From positions 1,371 through 65,370 of the forward strand of contig CAZOFV010000002.1 in assembly GCA_964579635.1 (NCBI GenBank): a DNA stretch of 64,000 bases, in the 5' to 3' direction. Source of the stretch: an uncultured Candidatus Saccharibacteria bacterium. Lineage in GTDB: Bacteria > Patescibacteriota > Minisyncoccia > Phycocordibacterales > VMEP01. A program made the position numbers and the translations under genes. The notes beneath the pieces are model-generated. The model had not been told where the DNA came from. It worked only from the letters and a program-made list of their open reading frames with translations, and searched no databases. The stretch's first letter is position 1. Each line of letters opens with the position of its first letter. Below are positions 28,999-39,378 of this stretch, piece by piece.

Positions 28999-31900
28999 AT
29001 GGAGAAAAATTTTGTTCATCTTCACACCCACTCGCACTATTCCCTCTTAGACGGATTAAGTAAGGTTGATGCAATGGTAAAACGCGCCCAAGAACTCAAA
29101 ATGCCGGCGCTTGCTCTCACCGACCACGGCAACATGTATGGAGCAATTGAATTCTATAAGCTCTGTAAGACACACGGAATAAAACCAATCATTGGTGTTG
29201 AGGCGTATATCGCCGAGCGGACACGTTTTGATAAAGAACCAAATATCGATTCAAAAAGGTACCACCTTACTCTTCTCGCCAAAAACGAAAAAGGGTACAA
29301 AAATCTTTTAAAACTCGTTAGTCGCGCAAACCTCGAAGGCTATTATTACAAACCGAGAATGGATAAGGAGCTTCTTCGTGAACACAGCGAGGGAATTATT
29401 TGTCTCTCTGGATGTTTTGGTGGTGAACTTTCCCGCGCACTATCAGCACACAACGATGAAAAAGCGCGCACAATAATCGCTGAGTATCAAGATATTTTTG
29501 GTAAAGAAAATTATTTCCTTGAAATAATGGCTCACGTAAAAATGGATGGGGCAAAAGAAGTTCGCGATAAAATTGTTGCGCTTGGGCGAGAATTAAACAT
29601 TCCGCTTGTCGCCACTCACGACTCACACTATTTAGACGAAGATGACCATAAAGCACATGATACTTTACTTGCTGTGCAAACAGGGTCTGACACTACTGAT
29701 GCCAATCGTCTCACATTCGGAGACGACAACTTTTCTTTAATAGATGCTAAAAAAGCATATGAACTTTTTAAAGATATCCCCGACGCTGTTGAAAACACTG
29801 TACGTATCGCTGAAATGTGCGACATAGAAATTGAGCTCGGAAAATGGGTTTTCCCAGACATAAAACTTCCAGAGAGAAGTTCAAATTATGACGAGGAGTT
29901 AAAGAATATAACCTACGAAGGTCTTATTAGACGCGAACTTGAGAGAACTCCAGAAGTTGAAGGGCGCATAGAATATGAGTTAAAAATTATTAAAGATAAG
30001 GGATATGCGCCATATTTCTTGGTTGTGGCCGACCTTCTCCGCTTCGCGGCTGAAAATAAAATCTTCACAAACATTAGAGGCTCTGTCGCGGGCTCTATTG
30101 TCACGTACCTAACGGGAATTACTAAAGTTAATCCACTTGAGTACAAGCTTCCATTTGAACGTTTCCTAAACCCAGAACGCCCATCAGCACCCGATATTGA
30201 TATGGACTTCGCCGACAATCGTCGCGATGAAATGATTGAGTATGTAAAGCAAAAATATGGCGCTGATAAGGTTGCACAAATTGGAACGTTTGGAACCATG
30301 ATGGCGCGCGGAGCCGTGCGTGATGTTGCAAGAGCACTCGGATATCCGTATGCAACAGGCGACCGTCTTTCTAAATTAATCCCAATGGGATCCCAAGGTT
30401 TTCCGATGACAATAGAAAACGCCCTTAAAATAACCCCAGAGCTTAAGGCTATTTATAAAAACGAGAAAGATGCAAAAGAAATAATAGACTTAGCAAAAAA
30501 ACTCGAAGGTTGTGTGAGGCATGTTTCAGTGCACGCCGCTGGAGTTGTTATCTCACCTACCCCCCTCACTGATTTTACTCCACTACAGTTTGACCCAAAG
30601 GGTGGAAAGATTATTACTCAATACGATATGTATGTCGTTGAAGATGTTGGTCTTCTAAAATTCGACTTCCTTGGAATTAGAAACCTTTCTATTTTAGGGA
30701 GAGCTGTTGATTTGGTTAAAAAACTTTACGACGAAGACGTTGATATCGAACGCATACCTCTTGATGACAAATTAACGTTTGAGCTTTTAGCCCGTGGCGA
30801 GACCGAAGGGTTATTCCAATTAAATGGTGACGGAATGACTCGCTACTTAAAGGAGCTGAAGCCAACCACCATCCACGACATTAACGCCATGGTCGCCCTC
30901 TATCGCCCAGGTCCTATGGTTTCTATTCCGGATTACATCGCAAGAAAACGAAACCCAGCCTTAATTAAATATCCAGACCCAAGACTAAAAGATATTTTAA
31001 AAGAGTCCTATGGTGTTATCGCCTACCAAGACGACGTTCTTTTGACCGCAATCACGCTTGCTGGATATTCGTGGCTCGAAGCCGACAAGCTCCGCAAAGC
31101 CATGGGTAAAAAAATTCCAAAAGAAATGGCTGCACAAGAAGAAAAGTTTATTTCTGGTTGTGTTGATAAAGGATTGAAACCTGAAAAAGCGCTTGAAATT
31201 TGGAAATTAATTGAGCCATTTGCCGCTTATGGTTTTAACAAAGCACACGCCGCAAGCTACGGTCGTGTCTCTTATCAAACGGCGTATATGAAGGCACACT
31301 ACCCCGCTCCTTATATGGCAGCGATACTTTCTGCTGAATCTGGTGATATTGATAAAGTCGCAGAAATCATTACAGAGTGTAAGCATATGAACATCAGTGT
31401 ATTACCACCAGACGTTAACGAAAGCTTCGGCGACTTTACTGTGGTGAAAAACGAAAACGGAGTAGAGGAAATACGTTTCGGTTTAATTTCAACAAAAAAT
31501 CTCGGGATTGATATTGCCGAAGCGATAATCACCGAAAGAAAACTAAACGGAAAATATGTTTCGTTTGCTGATTTTCTAACACGCGTTAAACATAAAAACC
31601 TAAACAAAAAATCTCTTGAAGCTCTTATCAAATCTGGAAGTATGGATAAGCTTGGTGAACGAGGACAATTTCTTGCGAACATGGAAGAAGCGCTCGAATT
31701 TGCGCACGCAGCAAGCCATATGGATAGTGCGCAAACATCACTCTTCGGGGGAATGGCATCCGAACCAGAAGCAACAATAAATTTAAAGGAAGCAGAGCCA
31801 GCAAAGAAAAGTGACATGCTTGCTTGGGAAAAAGAATTGCTTGGTCTTTATATTTCTGGGCACCCACTTGACCAATGGAAAGAAAAATTAAACGGCCGTG

Positions 31901-32187
31901 ACATGACAGTATCAAAACTTAAAGCAACATACAAAGAAGGAATGCTTGCTGTTGTTGCCGGTATCATTGAAGAATCAAAAGAAGTTATAACCAAAACAAA
32001 CGACCGTATGGCATTCTTAAAAATATCCGACTTTACCGGCACAATGGAAGCTGTTGTCTTCCCCAAACTATACAAAGATGTGAAAGATTTATGCGTACCT
32101 GATAAATGTGTTGTTGCTCGCGGTCGCATATCAAAAAGAAACGACGAAACAAGTTTGATTATCGAAGAAATAAAAGAGCTGAAGTAA
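28999..32187 (+). CDS. dnaE: DNA polymerase III alpha subunit
   Basis: HLHTHSHYSLLDG PHP domain, PDIDMD, FNKAHA; ATG 28999 chosen after TGcTATAAT. Confidence 0.97.
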   Translation: MEKNFVHLHTHSHYSLLDGLSKVDAMVKRAQELKMPALALTDHGNMYGAIEFYKLCKTHGIKPIIGVEAYIAERTRFDKEPNIDSKRYHLTLLAKNEKGYKNLLKLVSRANLEGYYYKPRMDKELLREHSEGIICLSGCFGGELSRALSAHNDEKARTIIAEYQDIFGKENYFLEIMAHVKMDGAKEVRDKIVALGRELNIPLVATHDSHYLDEDDHKAHDTLLAVQTGSDTTDANRLTFGDDNFSLIDAKKAYELFKDIPDAVENTVRIAEMCDIEIELGKWVFPDIKLPERSSNYDEELKNITYEGLIRRELERTPEVEGRIEYELKIIKDKGYAPYFLVVADLLRFAAENKIFTNIRGSVAGSIVTYLTGITKVNPLEYKLPFERFLNPERPSAPDIDMDFADNRRDEMIEYVKQKYGADKVAQIGTFGTMMARGAVRDVARALGYPYATGDRLSKLIPMGSQGFPMTIENALKITPELKAIYKNEKDAKEIIDLAKKLEGCVRHVSVHAAGVVISPTPLTDFTPLQFDPKGGKIITQYDMYVVEDVGLLKFDFLGIRNLSILGRAVDLVKKLYDEDVDIERIPLDDKLTFELLARGETEGLFQLNGDGMTRYLKELKPTTIHDINAMVALYRPGPMVSIPDYIARKRNPALIKYPDPRLKDILKESYGVIAYQDDVLLTAITLAGYSWLEADKLRKAMGKKIPKEMAAQEEKFISGCVDKGLKPEKALEIWKLIEPFAAYGFNKAHAASYGRVSYQTAYMKAHYPAPYMAAILSAESGDIDKVAEIITECKHMNISVLPPDVNESFGDFTVVKNENGVEEIRFGLISTKNLGIDIAEAIITERKLNGKYVSFADFLTRVKHKNLNKKSLEALIKSGSMDKLGERGQFLANMEEALEFAHAASHMDSAQTSLFGGMASEPEATINLKEAEPAKKSDMLAWEKELLGLYISGHPLDQWKEKLNGRDMTVSKLKATYKEGMLAVVAGIIEESKEVITKTNDRMAFLKISDFTGTMEAVVFPKLYKDVKDLCVPDKCVVARGRISKRNDETSLIIEEIKELK

Positions 32188-32225
32188 CATTTGGTAAAAT
32201 CAATAAAATTGCTATTATTGCCTTT

Positions 32226-33965
32226 ATGACAGAAGAAAAACTACAAAACCTAAGACACTCCCTCGCCCACCTCTTGGCGGCAGCTGTTAAAGAGATTTAC
32301 CCTGACGCACTACCGGCAATCGGGCCAGCTATCGAAAATGGTTTCTATTATGACTTTGAATTTAAAACTCCAATTAGCGACACAGACCTTCCAAAGATTG
32401 AGAAGGAAATGCGTAAGATTTTAAAAGGGTGGGAAGAGTTTGAAGGACACGAAGTCAGTGAATCCGAAGCTACTGAGGTTTTTTCAGGGAACCCATACAA
32501 ACTTGAGTTAATTAACGAGATTAATCAACGCAGCGAAAAACTAACCATATATGCATCGGGGAATTTTACCGACCTATGTCGTGGCGGTCATGTTGATGAT
32601 GCAAAAAAAATAAACGAGGACGCTTTCGCTCTCACCCACACTGCTGGCGCTTACTGGCGTGGAAATGAAAAAAACAAAATGTTGACTCGTATCTACGGTC
32701 TCGCATTTACCACAAAAGAAGAACTCGACTCATATATCGTGATGCAAGAAGAAGCCAAAAAGCGCGATCATCGTAAGCTCGGCAAAGAACTTGAGCTCTT
32801 CACTTTAATAGACGAAGTTGGTGCTGGGCTTCCCCTCTTTTACCCTAAAGGTGCAATTCTACGTCGTTTAATTGAAGGATATATAACAGAAGAACAAGAA
32901 AAACGTGGATATCTACCAATATGGATTCCACACATCACAAAAGGGAAACTTTATGAAATATCCGGGCACTTGGATAAATATGATGCGATGTACAGCCCAA
33001 TGAAAGTTGATGAAATTGATTACTATCTAAAGCCAATGAATTGTCCGCACTTCATGATGCTTTATAAATCTCTTCCTCACTCATATCGCGAACTACCTCT
33101 TCGTTACACCTCAACCACAACAAACTATCGCTATGAAAAATCTGGTGAGCTTTCAGGCCTTACCCGCGTTCGCTCGTTAACACAAGATGATTGCCATGTA
33201 TTCTGCGAAAGCGATCAAATTGAAACGGAAATAAGCACCATGGCTGAAATGATTGGTGAGACATATAAAGCTTTTGGATTCAAAGATTTTTGGGTACGCA
33301 TCTCTCTTCGAGATTCTAAAAATAAAGAAAAATATCTTGGTGATGATGCGGTTTGGGAAAAGGCCGAAAATGCCTTGCGCTCAGTTATCGGAAACACAGG
33401 CTGGAATTATAAAGAAGCTGAAGACGAAGCCGCTTTTTACGGACCAAAACTAGACTTTATGTTTAAAGATGTTTTAGGACGTGAGTGGCAACTTTCAACA
33501 ATTCAACTAGACTTCAATCTCCCTAAAAAATTTGACCTTGAATACACCGACAAAGAAGGTAAAAAATCTCAACCTGTTGTTATTCATCGTGCAATTTTAG
33601 GTTCAACAGAACGCTTTATGGGAATCTTAATTGAACATTATGGCGGAGCATTTCCTCTTTGGCTCTCACCTGTACAAGTTGTCGTAATTCCTATTGGTGA
33701 AAAACAAGAAGAGTATGCGCAAAATATTAACCGTTTACTTAAAGAAGCTGGCATAAGAACAGAGATTGATTCAACAAACGAAACTCTTGGAAAAAAGATA
33801 CGCAATGCTAAAACAAGCAAAACTCCTTACTTCCTTGTTATTGGTGACAAAGAAATGGAAAACAACACAGCAACACTAGAAAGCCGTGACGCCGGACAAA
33901 TTGGTGCATTTTCGGCTGAGGAAATACTTAAAAAGTTACAGGAGGAAATTAAGGAGAAAAAATAA
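32226..33965 (+). CDS. thrS: Threonyl-tRNA synthetase (no N-terminal TGS domain)
   Basis: RHSLAH, DLCRGGH, KPMNCP, FYGPK, IHRA. Confidence 0.97.
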   Translation: MTEEKLQNLRHSLAHLLAAAVKEIYPDALPAIGPAIENGFYYDFEFKTPISDTDLPKIEKEMRKILKGWEEFEGHEVSESEATEVFSGNPYKLELINEINQRSEKLTIYASGNFTDLCRGGHVDDAKKINEDAFALTHTAGAYWRGNEKNKMLTRIYGLAFTTKEELDSYIVMQEEAKKRDHRKLGKELELFTLIDEVGAGLPLFYPKGAILRRLIEGYITEEQEKRGYLPIWIPHITKGKLYEISGHLDKYDAMYSPMKVDEIDYYLKPMNCPHFMMLYKSLPHSYRELPLRYTSTTTNYRYEKSGELSGLTRVRSLTQDDCHVFCESDQIETEISTMAEMIGETYKAFGFKDFWVRISLRDSKNKEKYLGDDAVWEKAENALRSVIGNTGWNYKEAEDEAAFYGPKLDFMFKDVLGREWQLSTIQLDFNLPKKFDLEYTDKEGKKSQPVVIHRAILGSTERFMGILIEHYGGAFPLWLSPVQVVVIPIGEKQEEYAQNINRLLKEAGIRTEIDSTNETLGKKIRNAKTSKTPYFLVIGDKEMENNTATLESRDAGQIGAFSAEEILKKLQEEIKEKK

Positions 33966-34032
33966 TCCTTCGCTAGACCCTGTTATTAAAGTGTGTTAGC
34001 TTTACTCTCAGTTAATCAAAAGGGGGTGCAAA

Positions 34033-34239
34033 ATGACTGTTCCTAAGAGAATCTTTGAAGACACGTGGGTGAAGGGAAATTTCCTGATCCCGGCAGACAA
34101 GAGCGTTCGGACTGAACTGCGACAACAGCTCGAAAACTACTCGCGCGCCGGCGTCATGTTCGTACCAGGAAACGAGGAGGTGCGATCAATCCTGAAAGCG
34201 CGTATTGCCGCAATTGATGCCTACGATACCGTGAGATAA
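34033..34239 (+). CDS. Small orphan hypothetical protein
   Basis: AAGGGGG SD, TAGACC-17-TAGCTT, terminator after the stop. Confidence 0.7.
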   Translation: MTVPKRIFEDTWVKGNFLIPADKSVRTELRQQLENYSRAGVMFVPGNEEVRSILKARIAAIDAYDTVR

Positions 34240-34260
34240 GAAATACTCACACCCAAACAA

Positions 34261-34290
34261 AAAAACAGCCGAAACTTATCGGCTGTTTTT
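34261..34290. terminator. Bidirectional terminator
   Basis: AAAAACAGCCGA-aactta-TCGGCTGTTTTT. Confidence 0.85.
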
Positions 34291-34316
34291 AATTTAAATA
34301 CAACAACAAGAACAAA

Positions 34317-36365
34317 CTAAACGTCTAGATTTGCCATCTTGGCATTAGACTGGATGAATGACTTACGTGATGGAACATCAGAACCCATTAGTGTCACGAA
34401 TACTTTTTCCGCATCAGCAGCATCATCGATTGTAACTTGCTTTAATACGCGCTTATCTGGATCCATAGTTGTTTCCCATAATTCCTCTGGGTTCATTTCT
34501 CCAAGACCTTTATATCTCTGAATGGAAACTTTTGCTTCGCGCTTCTTTGTTTTTTCCTCAACCTCTTCTTCCGTCTCAACTTCTCCTTCTTCTAAGACCT
34601 CCTCAATTTCTTCTATAGAAACATCTTTACCGACTATTTTAAGTTTTTCCTCGTCGGAATATGCATACTTAATATCTTTACCTTTCTTTATTTTATAAAG
34701 CGGTGGTTGGGCAATATACAAAAATCCTCCATCAATAACTGGCTTAAAATATCTAAAGAATAACGTCAATAAAAGAGTACGGATGTGTGCACCGTCAACG
34801 TCGGCATCGGTTGCGATTATAATTTTATGATAACGAAGTTTTGATAAATCAAAAGTATCACCAATAGCAGTTCCCATTGCGATAACAAGGGATTTAATTT
34901 CATTTGAGGTAAGCATCTTATCAATTCGAGAGCGCTCAACATTCAAAATTTTTCCCTTTAATGGAAGGATCGCTTGTGTGCGTCTATCGCGACCCTGTTT
35001 AGAAGAACCACCTGCAGAATCTCCCTCAACGATAAATATTTCTGCTTCCTCTGCGTTTCTTGTCTGACAATCAGCAAGCTTCCCTGGTAAAGTCATCCCT
35101 TCAAGCGCACCCTTACGAAGAACGCTATCTTTAGCCGCCTTAGCTGCCTTTCGCGCCTTAAGCGCCAATAACACCTTATTTAGAATATCGCGCGCGTCAT
35201 CAGGGTTTTCCTCAAGGAAGTAGTTAAATGCTTCGCCGAAGACGGTTGCCACAGCACCCTGAGCTTCAACGCTACCCAATTTTGCTTTTGTTTGACCTTC
35301 AAACTGAATCTCACGCAATTTAACAGAGACGACAGCTGTTATTCCTTCGAGAACATCTTCCCCTGTTAGATTCTCTTCTTTTTCTTTAATTATATTGTTC
35401 TTTCTCCCATATGAATTTAAAACACGAGTAAGAGCGGTTTTAAAACCAGTTATATGTGTTCCACCTTCTGGGTTATAAGTATTGTTAGCGTATGGAATTA
35501 TTTTAGGAGTTATGTCGTCAACGTATTGAAGCGCAACTTCCACATGAACCCCATCTGCTTCTTTTTCGGTATAAAAAATATTTTTATGAACTGGCTTTTG
35601 TGTTTGATTATGAAACTTAACAAGTGAAAGCAAGCCTCCTTCAAAAAAGAAGCTCATAGATGGAACTTCAAGCCCTAATTCTTCAAAATAAAATACCTCG
35701 CTATCATCAATCTTTCCTTCGTATAACCGAGCGTCAATAACCCCAATGCGAAGACCTTTCACTAAGTAAGCCTGACCACGCATGTGGTTCACTACTGTGT
35801 TCCATTCAAATTTTATTTCTTTAAATATTTCTTTGTCTGGTTCAAAAGTTACAATAGTTCCATTTAGTTTAGAACTTCCAAATTTTTTAACCGCTGCTTT
35901 TTTTACACCCTGTTTGTATTCCTGGAAATGTTTTCCTCCATCGCGATGCACTTCAACTTTTGCGTAAACAGATAATGCGTTAACAACAGAAGCTCCCACT
36001 CCGTGTAAACCTCCAGAAACTTTATATCCTTCACCACCAAACTTTCCTCCAGCGTGGAGAGTTGTCATAACTGTTTCAAGAGCGGAAACTTTTGTCTTCT
36101 TGTGAATCTCAACTGGAATACCACGACCATTATCCGCAACGCGAATACGATTACCAGGCAAAAGCACGACTTCAATATGATCAGCAAAACCACCCATCGC
36201 CTCGTCGCGTGAGTTATCAAAAATTTCCCAAATTAAGTGGTGGAGACCATCGATACCGGTTGTACCAATATACATTCCGGGACGTTTTCGTACCGGCTCT
36301 AGTCCTTCCAAAACTGTAATATCTTGGGCGTCGTAGTGGTGTCCGTTTCCTTTCTTTTCAGCCAT
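34317..36365 (-). CDS. gyrB: DNA gyrase subunit B
   Basis: VRKRPGMYIG, DNGRGIP, EGDSAGG, DADVDG, YKGLGEM. Confidence 0.96.
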   Translation of the reverse strand: MAEKKGNGHHYDAQDITVLEGLEPVRKRPGMYIGTTGIDGLHHLIWEIFDNSRDEAMGGFADHIEVVLLPGNRIRVADNGRGIPVEIHKKTKVSALETVMTTLHAGGKFGGEGYKVSGGLHGVGASVVNALSVYAKVEVHRDGGKHFQEYKQGVKKAAVKKFGSSKLNGTIVTFEPDKEIFKEIKFEWNTVVNHMRGQAYLVKGLRIGVIDARLYEGKIDDSEVFYFEELGLEVPSMSFFFEGGLLSLVKFHNQTQKPVHKNIFYTEKEADGVHVEVALQYVDDITPKIIPYANNTYNPEGGTHITGFKTALTRVLNSYGRKNNIIKEKEENLTGEDVLEGITAVVSVKLREIQFEGQTKAKLGSVEAQGAVATVFGEAFNYFLEENPDDARDILNKVLLALKARKAAKAAKDSVLRKGALEGMTLPGKLADCQTRNAEEAEIFIVEGDSAGGSSKQGRDRRTQAILPLKGKILNVERSRIDKMLTSNEIKSLVIAMGTAIGDTFDLSKLRYHKIIIATDADVDGAHIRTLLLTLFFRYFKPVIDGGFLYIAQPPLYKIKKGKDIKYAYSDEEKLKIVGKDVSIEEIEEVLEEGEVETEEEVEEKTKKREAKVSIQRYKGLGEMNPEELWETTMDPDKRVLKQVTIDDAADAEKVFVTLMGSDVPSRKSFIQSNAKMANLDV

Positions 36366-36466
36366 ATTTTAAGGGTTAAATCAAAAAAGCGCCTTCGCTT
36401 TGTTACAGAAAAGTATATCAGAAAATGGCCTAAAATGAAAGCTTTTTAAGGGGAAAGTAAGGTGAA

Positions 36467-37006
36467 TTATGGCTTGAAAAATATGGCCATTCTACGCCAA
36501 TCGTGCTTAAACGACTTGATATCCACAAAGAGGTCTTTTCCTTGTTCTTTAGAGAGTGATTCTGGCTCATTAAAGTAAAACCCTGTGAGTTGCCCTTTCC
36601 TTTCAGGAAACTCAACTCCATCATTTTCTTCGTATCCCGTTAACACCACCATGTGAAATTTTGTCTGACCGAGAGTGTATTTTGAAACTGAAACAATTAC
36701 AGGGCGACCATCTTTGAGCTCGTCGTGTATTTTTTGCAAACCCAAAATCTCTCCAATCTTCTCACCCCTTTCAGAAACTAATCCATGTTCTTTGGCTATC
36801 TTCACAAAATAATCGTGGAACCACCCTGATGGTCCATACCCCCCGTCACTCTTCCCTTTTTCACACATTTCCAAAAGTGATAGTGTTTTTTTGTGATGAT
36901 AATCAAGAACCATTTTCAAACACGTCATGCCACAAGCCCTCGGCATCCAATATGGATTGTCGTTTACATCTAAAAATTGAGAGTAGTATGGTACGTTTAA
37001 TTTCAT
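36467..37006 (-). CDS. C39-like cysteine peptidase family protein
   Basis: VPYYSQ...ACGMTCLKM...HMVVLTGY pattern. Confidence 0.8.
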   Translation of the reverse strand: MKLNVPYYSQFLDVNDNPYWMPRACGMTCLKMVLDYHHKKTLSLLEMCEKGKSDGGYGPSGWFHDYFVKIAKEHGLVSERGEKIGEILGLQKIHDELKDGRPVIVSVSKYTLGQTKFHMVVLTGYEENDGVEFPERKGQLTGFYFNEPESLSKEQGKDLFVDIKSFKHDWRRMAIFFKP

Positions 37007-37027
37007 TATGATGCTATAAGTTTTATT

Positions 37028-39373
37028 CTATCTCACCTGCCAACCATCTTTATTGTTAAGAGCGTTCGTTACACGATTCATAATTTCATCAAGCTCTACA
37101 TCACTAAGCGTTTTTTCTTGTGATAGAAATACTAAATGGAAAGCGTAAGAAATTTTGCTATCCTTTTCAAACTTATCAAACATCTCTATTCGCGTAAGTA
37201 AACTACCTGCCTCGCTTTTAATAATTTCTTTAACAGCATCTTCTTCTGTTCCACTACCCACAAACACCGCGATATCGCGAAGCGCAAATGGATAAGGAGA
37301 AACTGTTTTATAGCTTACGCCTGACAAAAATTGATAAGTTGATACTTCGTGCTCTTTTGGATCTTCGAGTTTTTCGATTACTGCATCAAAATCAATCTCT
37401 GCGATACAAGGCTTTTCTTCGTAATTAACATTCTTTGAAACATCCACCCCAAGAGTTTCCCCTATTTCTTTAACGATACTTTTTGCTTCCTCCCCAAAAT
37501 TGTCTTTCTTTGTGCCCCCACCAAAAGCAAATGCCAATTTTTTAATTTCACTGTTTTTGGTAAAAACATTACCAAATTCAAAAATCTTAATTACCTTCTG
37601 CCCAAGAAGCGGAGCATTGTGAACATTTAATTTAAGAGATTCTTCCATCCCTTTTCGTAAACTTATGCGTATTTTTTCCTTATCTCCTGCAAGACCTTTT
37701 ATTATTGAAACCTCACCCTCGCTTCCAAAGGTGTAAGTCATCACCTCAGAAAATCCGTGATTGAGCAATATTTCGCGAATTTTATCTTCATAATACATGC
37801 GTTTATGGACCAAACCAACACGAGCAAGTTTTGGCAGTACCGGAACTAATTTTTCATAACCCAAAATACGCCCTATTTCTTCTGCGAGGTCCTCTTTAAT
37901 GCGAAGGTCTAATCTTTCGGATGGAACATTTACGACATATCTTTCTTCTTTTAAATTTTCTACTACTCTTCCGTATCCAACTATTTTTCTTGTTGCCGAA
38001 AACTCTTCAATGCTTTCTATTACAACCTTCCCGTGCACTCTTGTAGAGTGAACAATTTTCCCATCTTCCAGATACATACCAACATGATCAACCCCTTCAG
38101 GAACTTTAGTTCCTCTTAAAAATTCTACTGATTCAAAATAAATCTTTCCTTCGCCAGAATTCGCAAACACTAAATCTCCGAACTTTAATTCTTCTAATTT
38201 TATTCTTTCCGAAAAAACATATTTATCAACGGAAATACTCGGCATCCAAATACCTTTATATAAATAACTAACCAAGGAAGAACAATTAAAAGCGTGGGGG
38301 GCATCTTCGCGCATACTTGAGGGGTTTTTGTATGGCACCCCAACAACAGCCTTATACGTTTCTGTTATGTAATTTTCAGGAATTATTTTTTCAAAAGAAA
38401 AAGAAAGTCTTCTAAGAGTGCTCTCAACATCGTTATTGGTACATGTTGTACCTAGAATCATATTCAGTTCGGAAAGCGAAATTCCCACATGATATTTAGT
38501 ATCCTTGCGAGGATACACATCTATTGCGACACTCCCTTCCGCATCTTTGCATAATTCCTTAATTAAATTCGCTGTCATATACAAACCCTCTTCTATGAGA
38601 GAGTTGGCAATGCCATTTTCAAAACGCTTGGATGCATCTGTGTGAAGACCATATCTCTGTGAAGTTTTTCTAATCAAACTTGGATAAAAATTGGCACTTT
38701 CAAGAATAATACTTGTTGTATCTTTGTTTATACCACTATGTTTTCCACCTTTTATTCCAGCAAGACCAAGAGCTTTTTCATCGTCGGCAATCACAAGAGT
38801 TTTCTCGTCAAGTGCTAATTCTTTATCGTCAAGCGTGATGAGCACCTCCCCGTTATTCGCAAAACGAGTGCCGAGTGTTCCTTTTATGCTTCTTGTGTCA
38901 TAAGCGTGTATTGGCTTATTAAGTGCGAATTGCACGTAATTAGTGACATCAACGATGTTATTTATACTTCTCTGCCCTATGGCCTCAAGGCGCGTTTTTA
39001 ACCACTCTGGGCTTTCTTCGACAACTACCCCATCAATCCGCACGCTCATAAATCTTGGGCAAAACTTAGCATCACTAACTGAAAGTACGGGGGCAGGAAT
39101 TGAAGAATTTATGAGATCATCCCGCTTTTTCATTCGCGCACCTTCTTTAAACATAAGGCCCAAATCAGCACACAACTCACGAGCCATGCCACGATGTCCT
39201 AGCGCATCGTGTGCGCGATTTGGAAGAACTTTAATATCGTAAACAGTGTCGTTAGGCAAAGAAATAACCTCTTCCACCTCAAATGATTTTTTATTCAAAG
39301 TATCAACAACAACCTCATTTTCTGGAAGAGTTTCGACGATATAATCTTGTAACCACTGTTTAGAGAATTTCAT
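37028..39373 (-). CDS. pheT: Phenylalanyl-tRNA synthetase beta subunit with inserted NlpC/P60-like domain
   Basis: PNRAHDAL, INNIVDVTNY, RLDLRIKEDLAEEIGRILGY, C-terminal FDX-ACB domain; insertion at ~37945-38385. Confidence 0.95.
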   Translation of the reverse strand: MKFSKQWLQDYIVETLPENEVVVDTLNKKSFEVEEVISLPNDTVYDIKVLPNRAHDALGHRGMARELCADLGLMFKEGARMKKRDDLINSSIPAPVLSVSDAKFCPRFMSVRIDGVVVEESPEWLKTRLEAIGQRSINNIVDVTNYVQFALNKPIHAYDTRSIKGTLGTRFANNGEVLITLDDKELALDEKTLVIADDEKALGLAGIKGGKHSGINKDTTSIILESANFYPSLIRKTSQRYGLHTDASKRFENGIANSLIEEGLYMTANLIKELCKDAEGSVAIDVYPRKDTKYHVGISLSELNMILGTTCTNNDVESTLRRLSFSFEKIIPENYITETYKAVVGVPYKNPSSMREDAPHAFNCSSLVSYLYKGIWMPSISVDKYVFSERIKLEELKFGDLVFANSGEGKIYFESVEFLRGTKVPEGVDHVGMYLEDGKIVHSTRVHGKVVIESIEEFSATRKIVGYGRVVENLKEERYVVNVPSERLDLRIKEDLAEEIGRILGYEKLVPVLPKLARVGLVHKRMYYEDKIREILLNHGFSEVMTYTFGSEGEVSIIKGLAGDKEKIRISLRKGMEESLKLNVHNAPLLGQKVIKIFEFGNVFTKNSEIKKLAFAFGGGTKKDNFGEEAKSIVKEIGETLGVDVSKNVNYEEKPCIAEIDFDAVIEKLEDPKEHEVSTYQFLSGVSYKTVSPYPFALRDIAVFVGSGTEEDAVKEIIKSEAGSLLTRIEMFDKFEKDSKISYAFHLVFLSQEKTLSDVELDEIMNRVTNALNNKDGWQVR

Positions 39374-39378
39374 AATAC

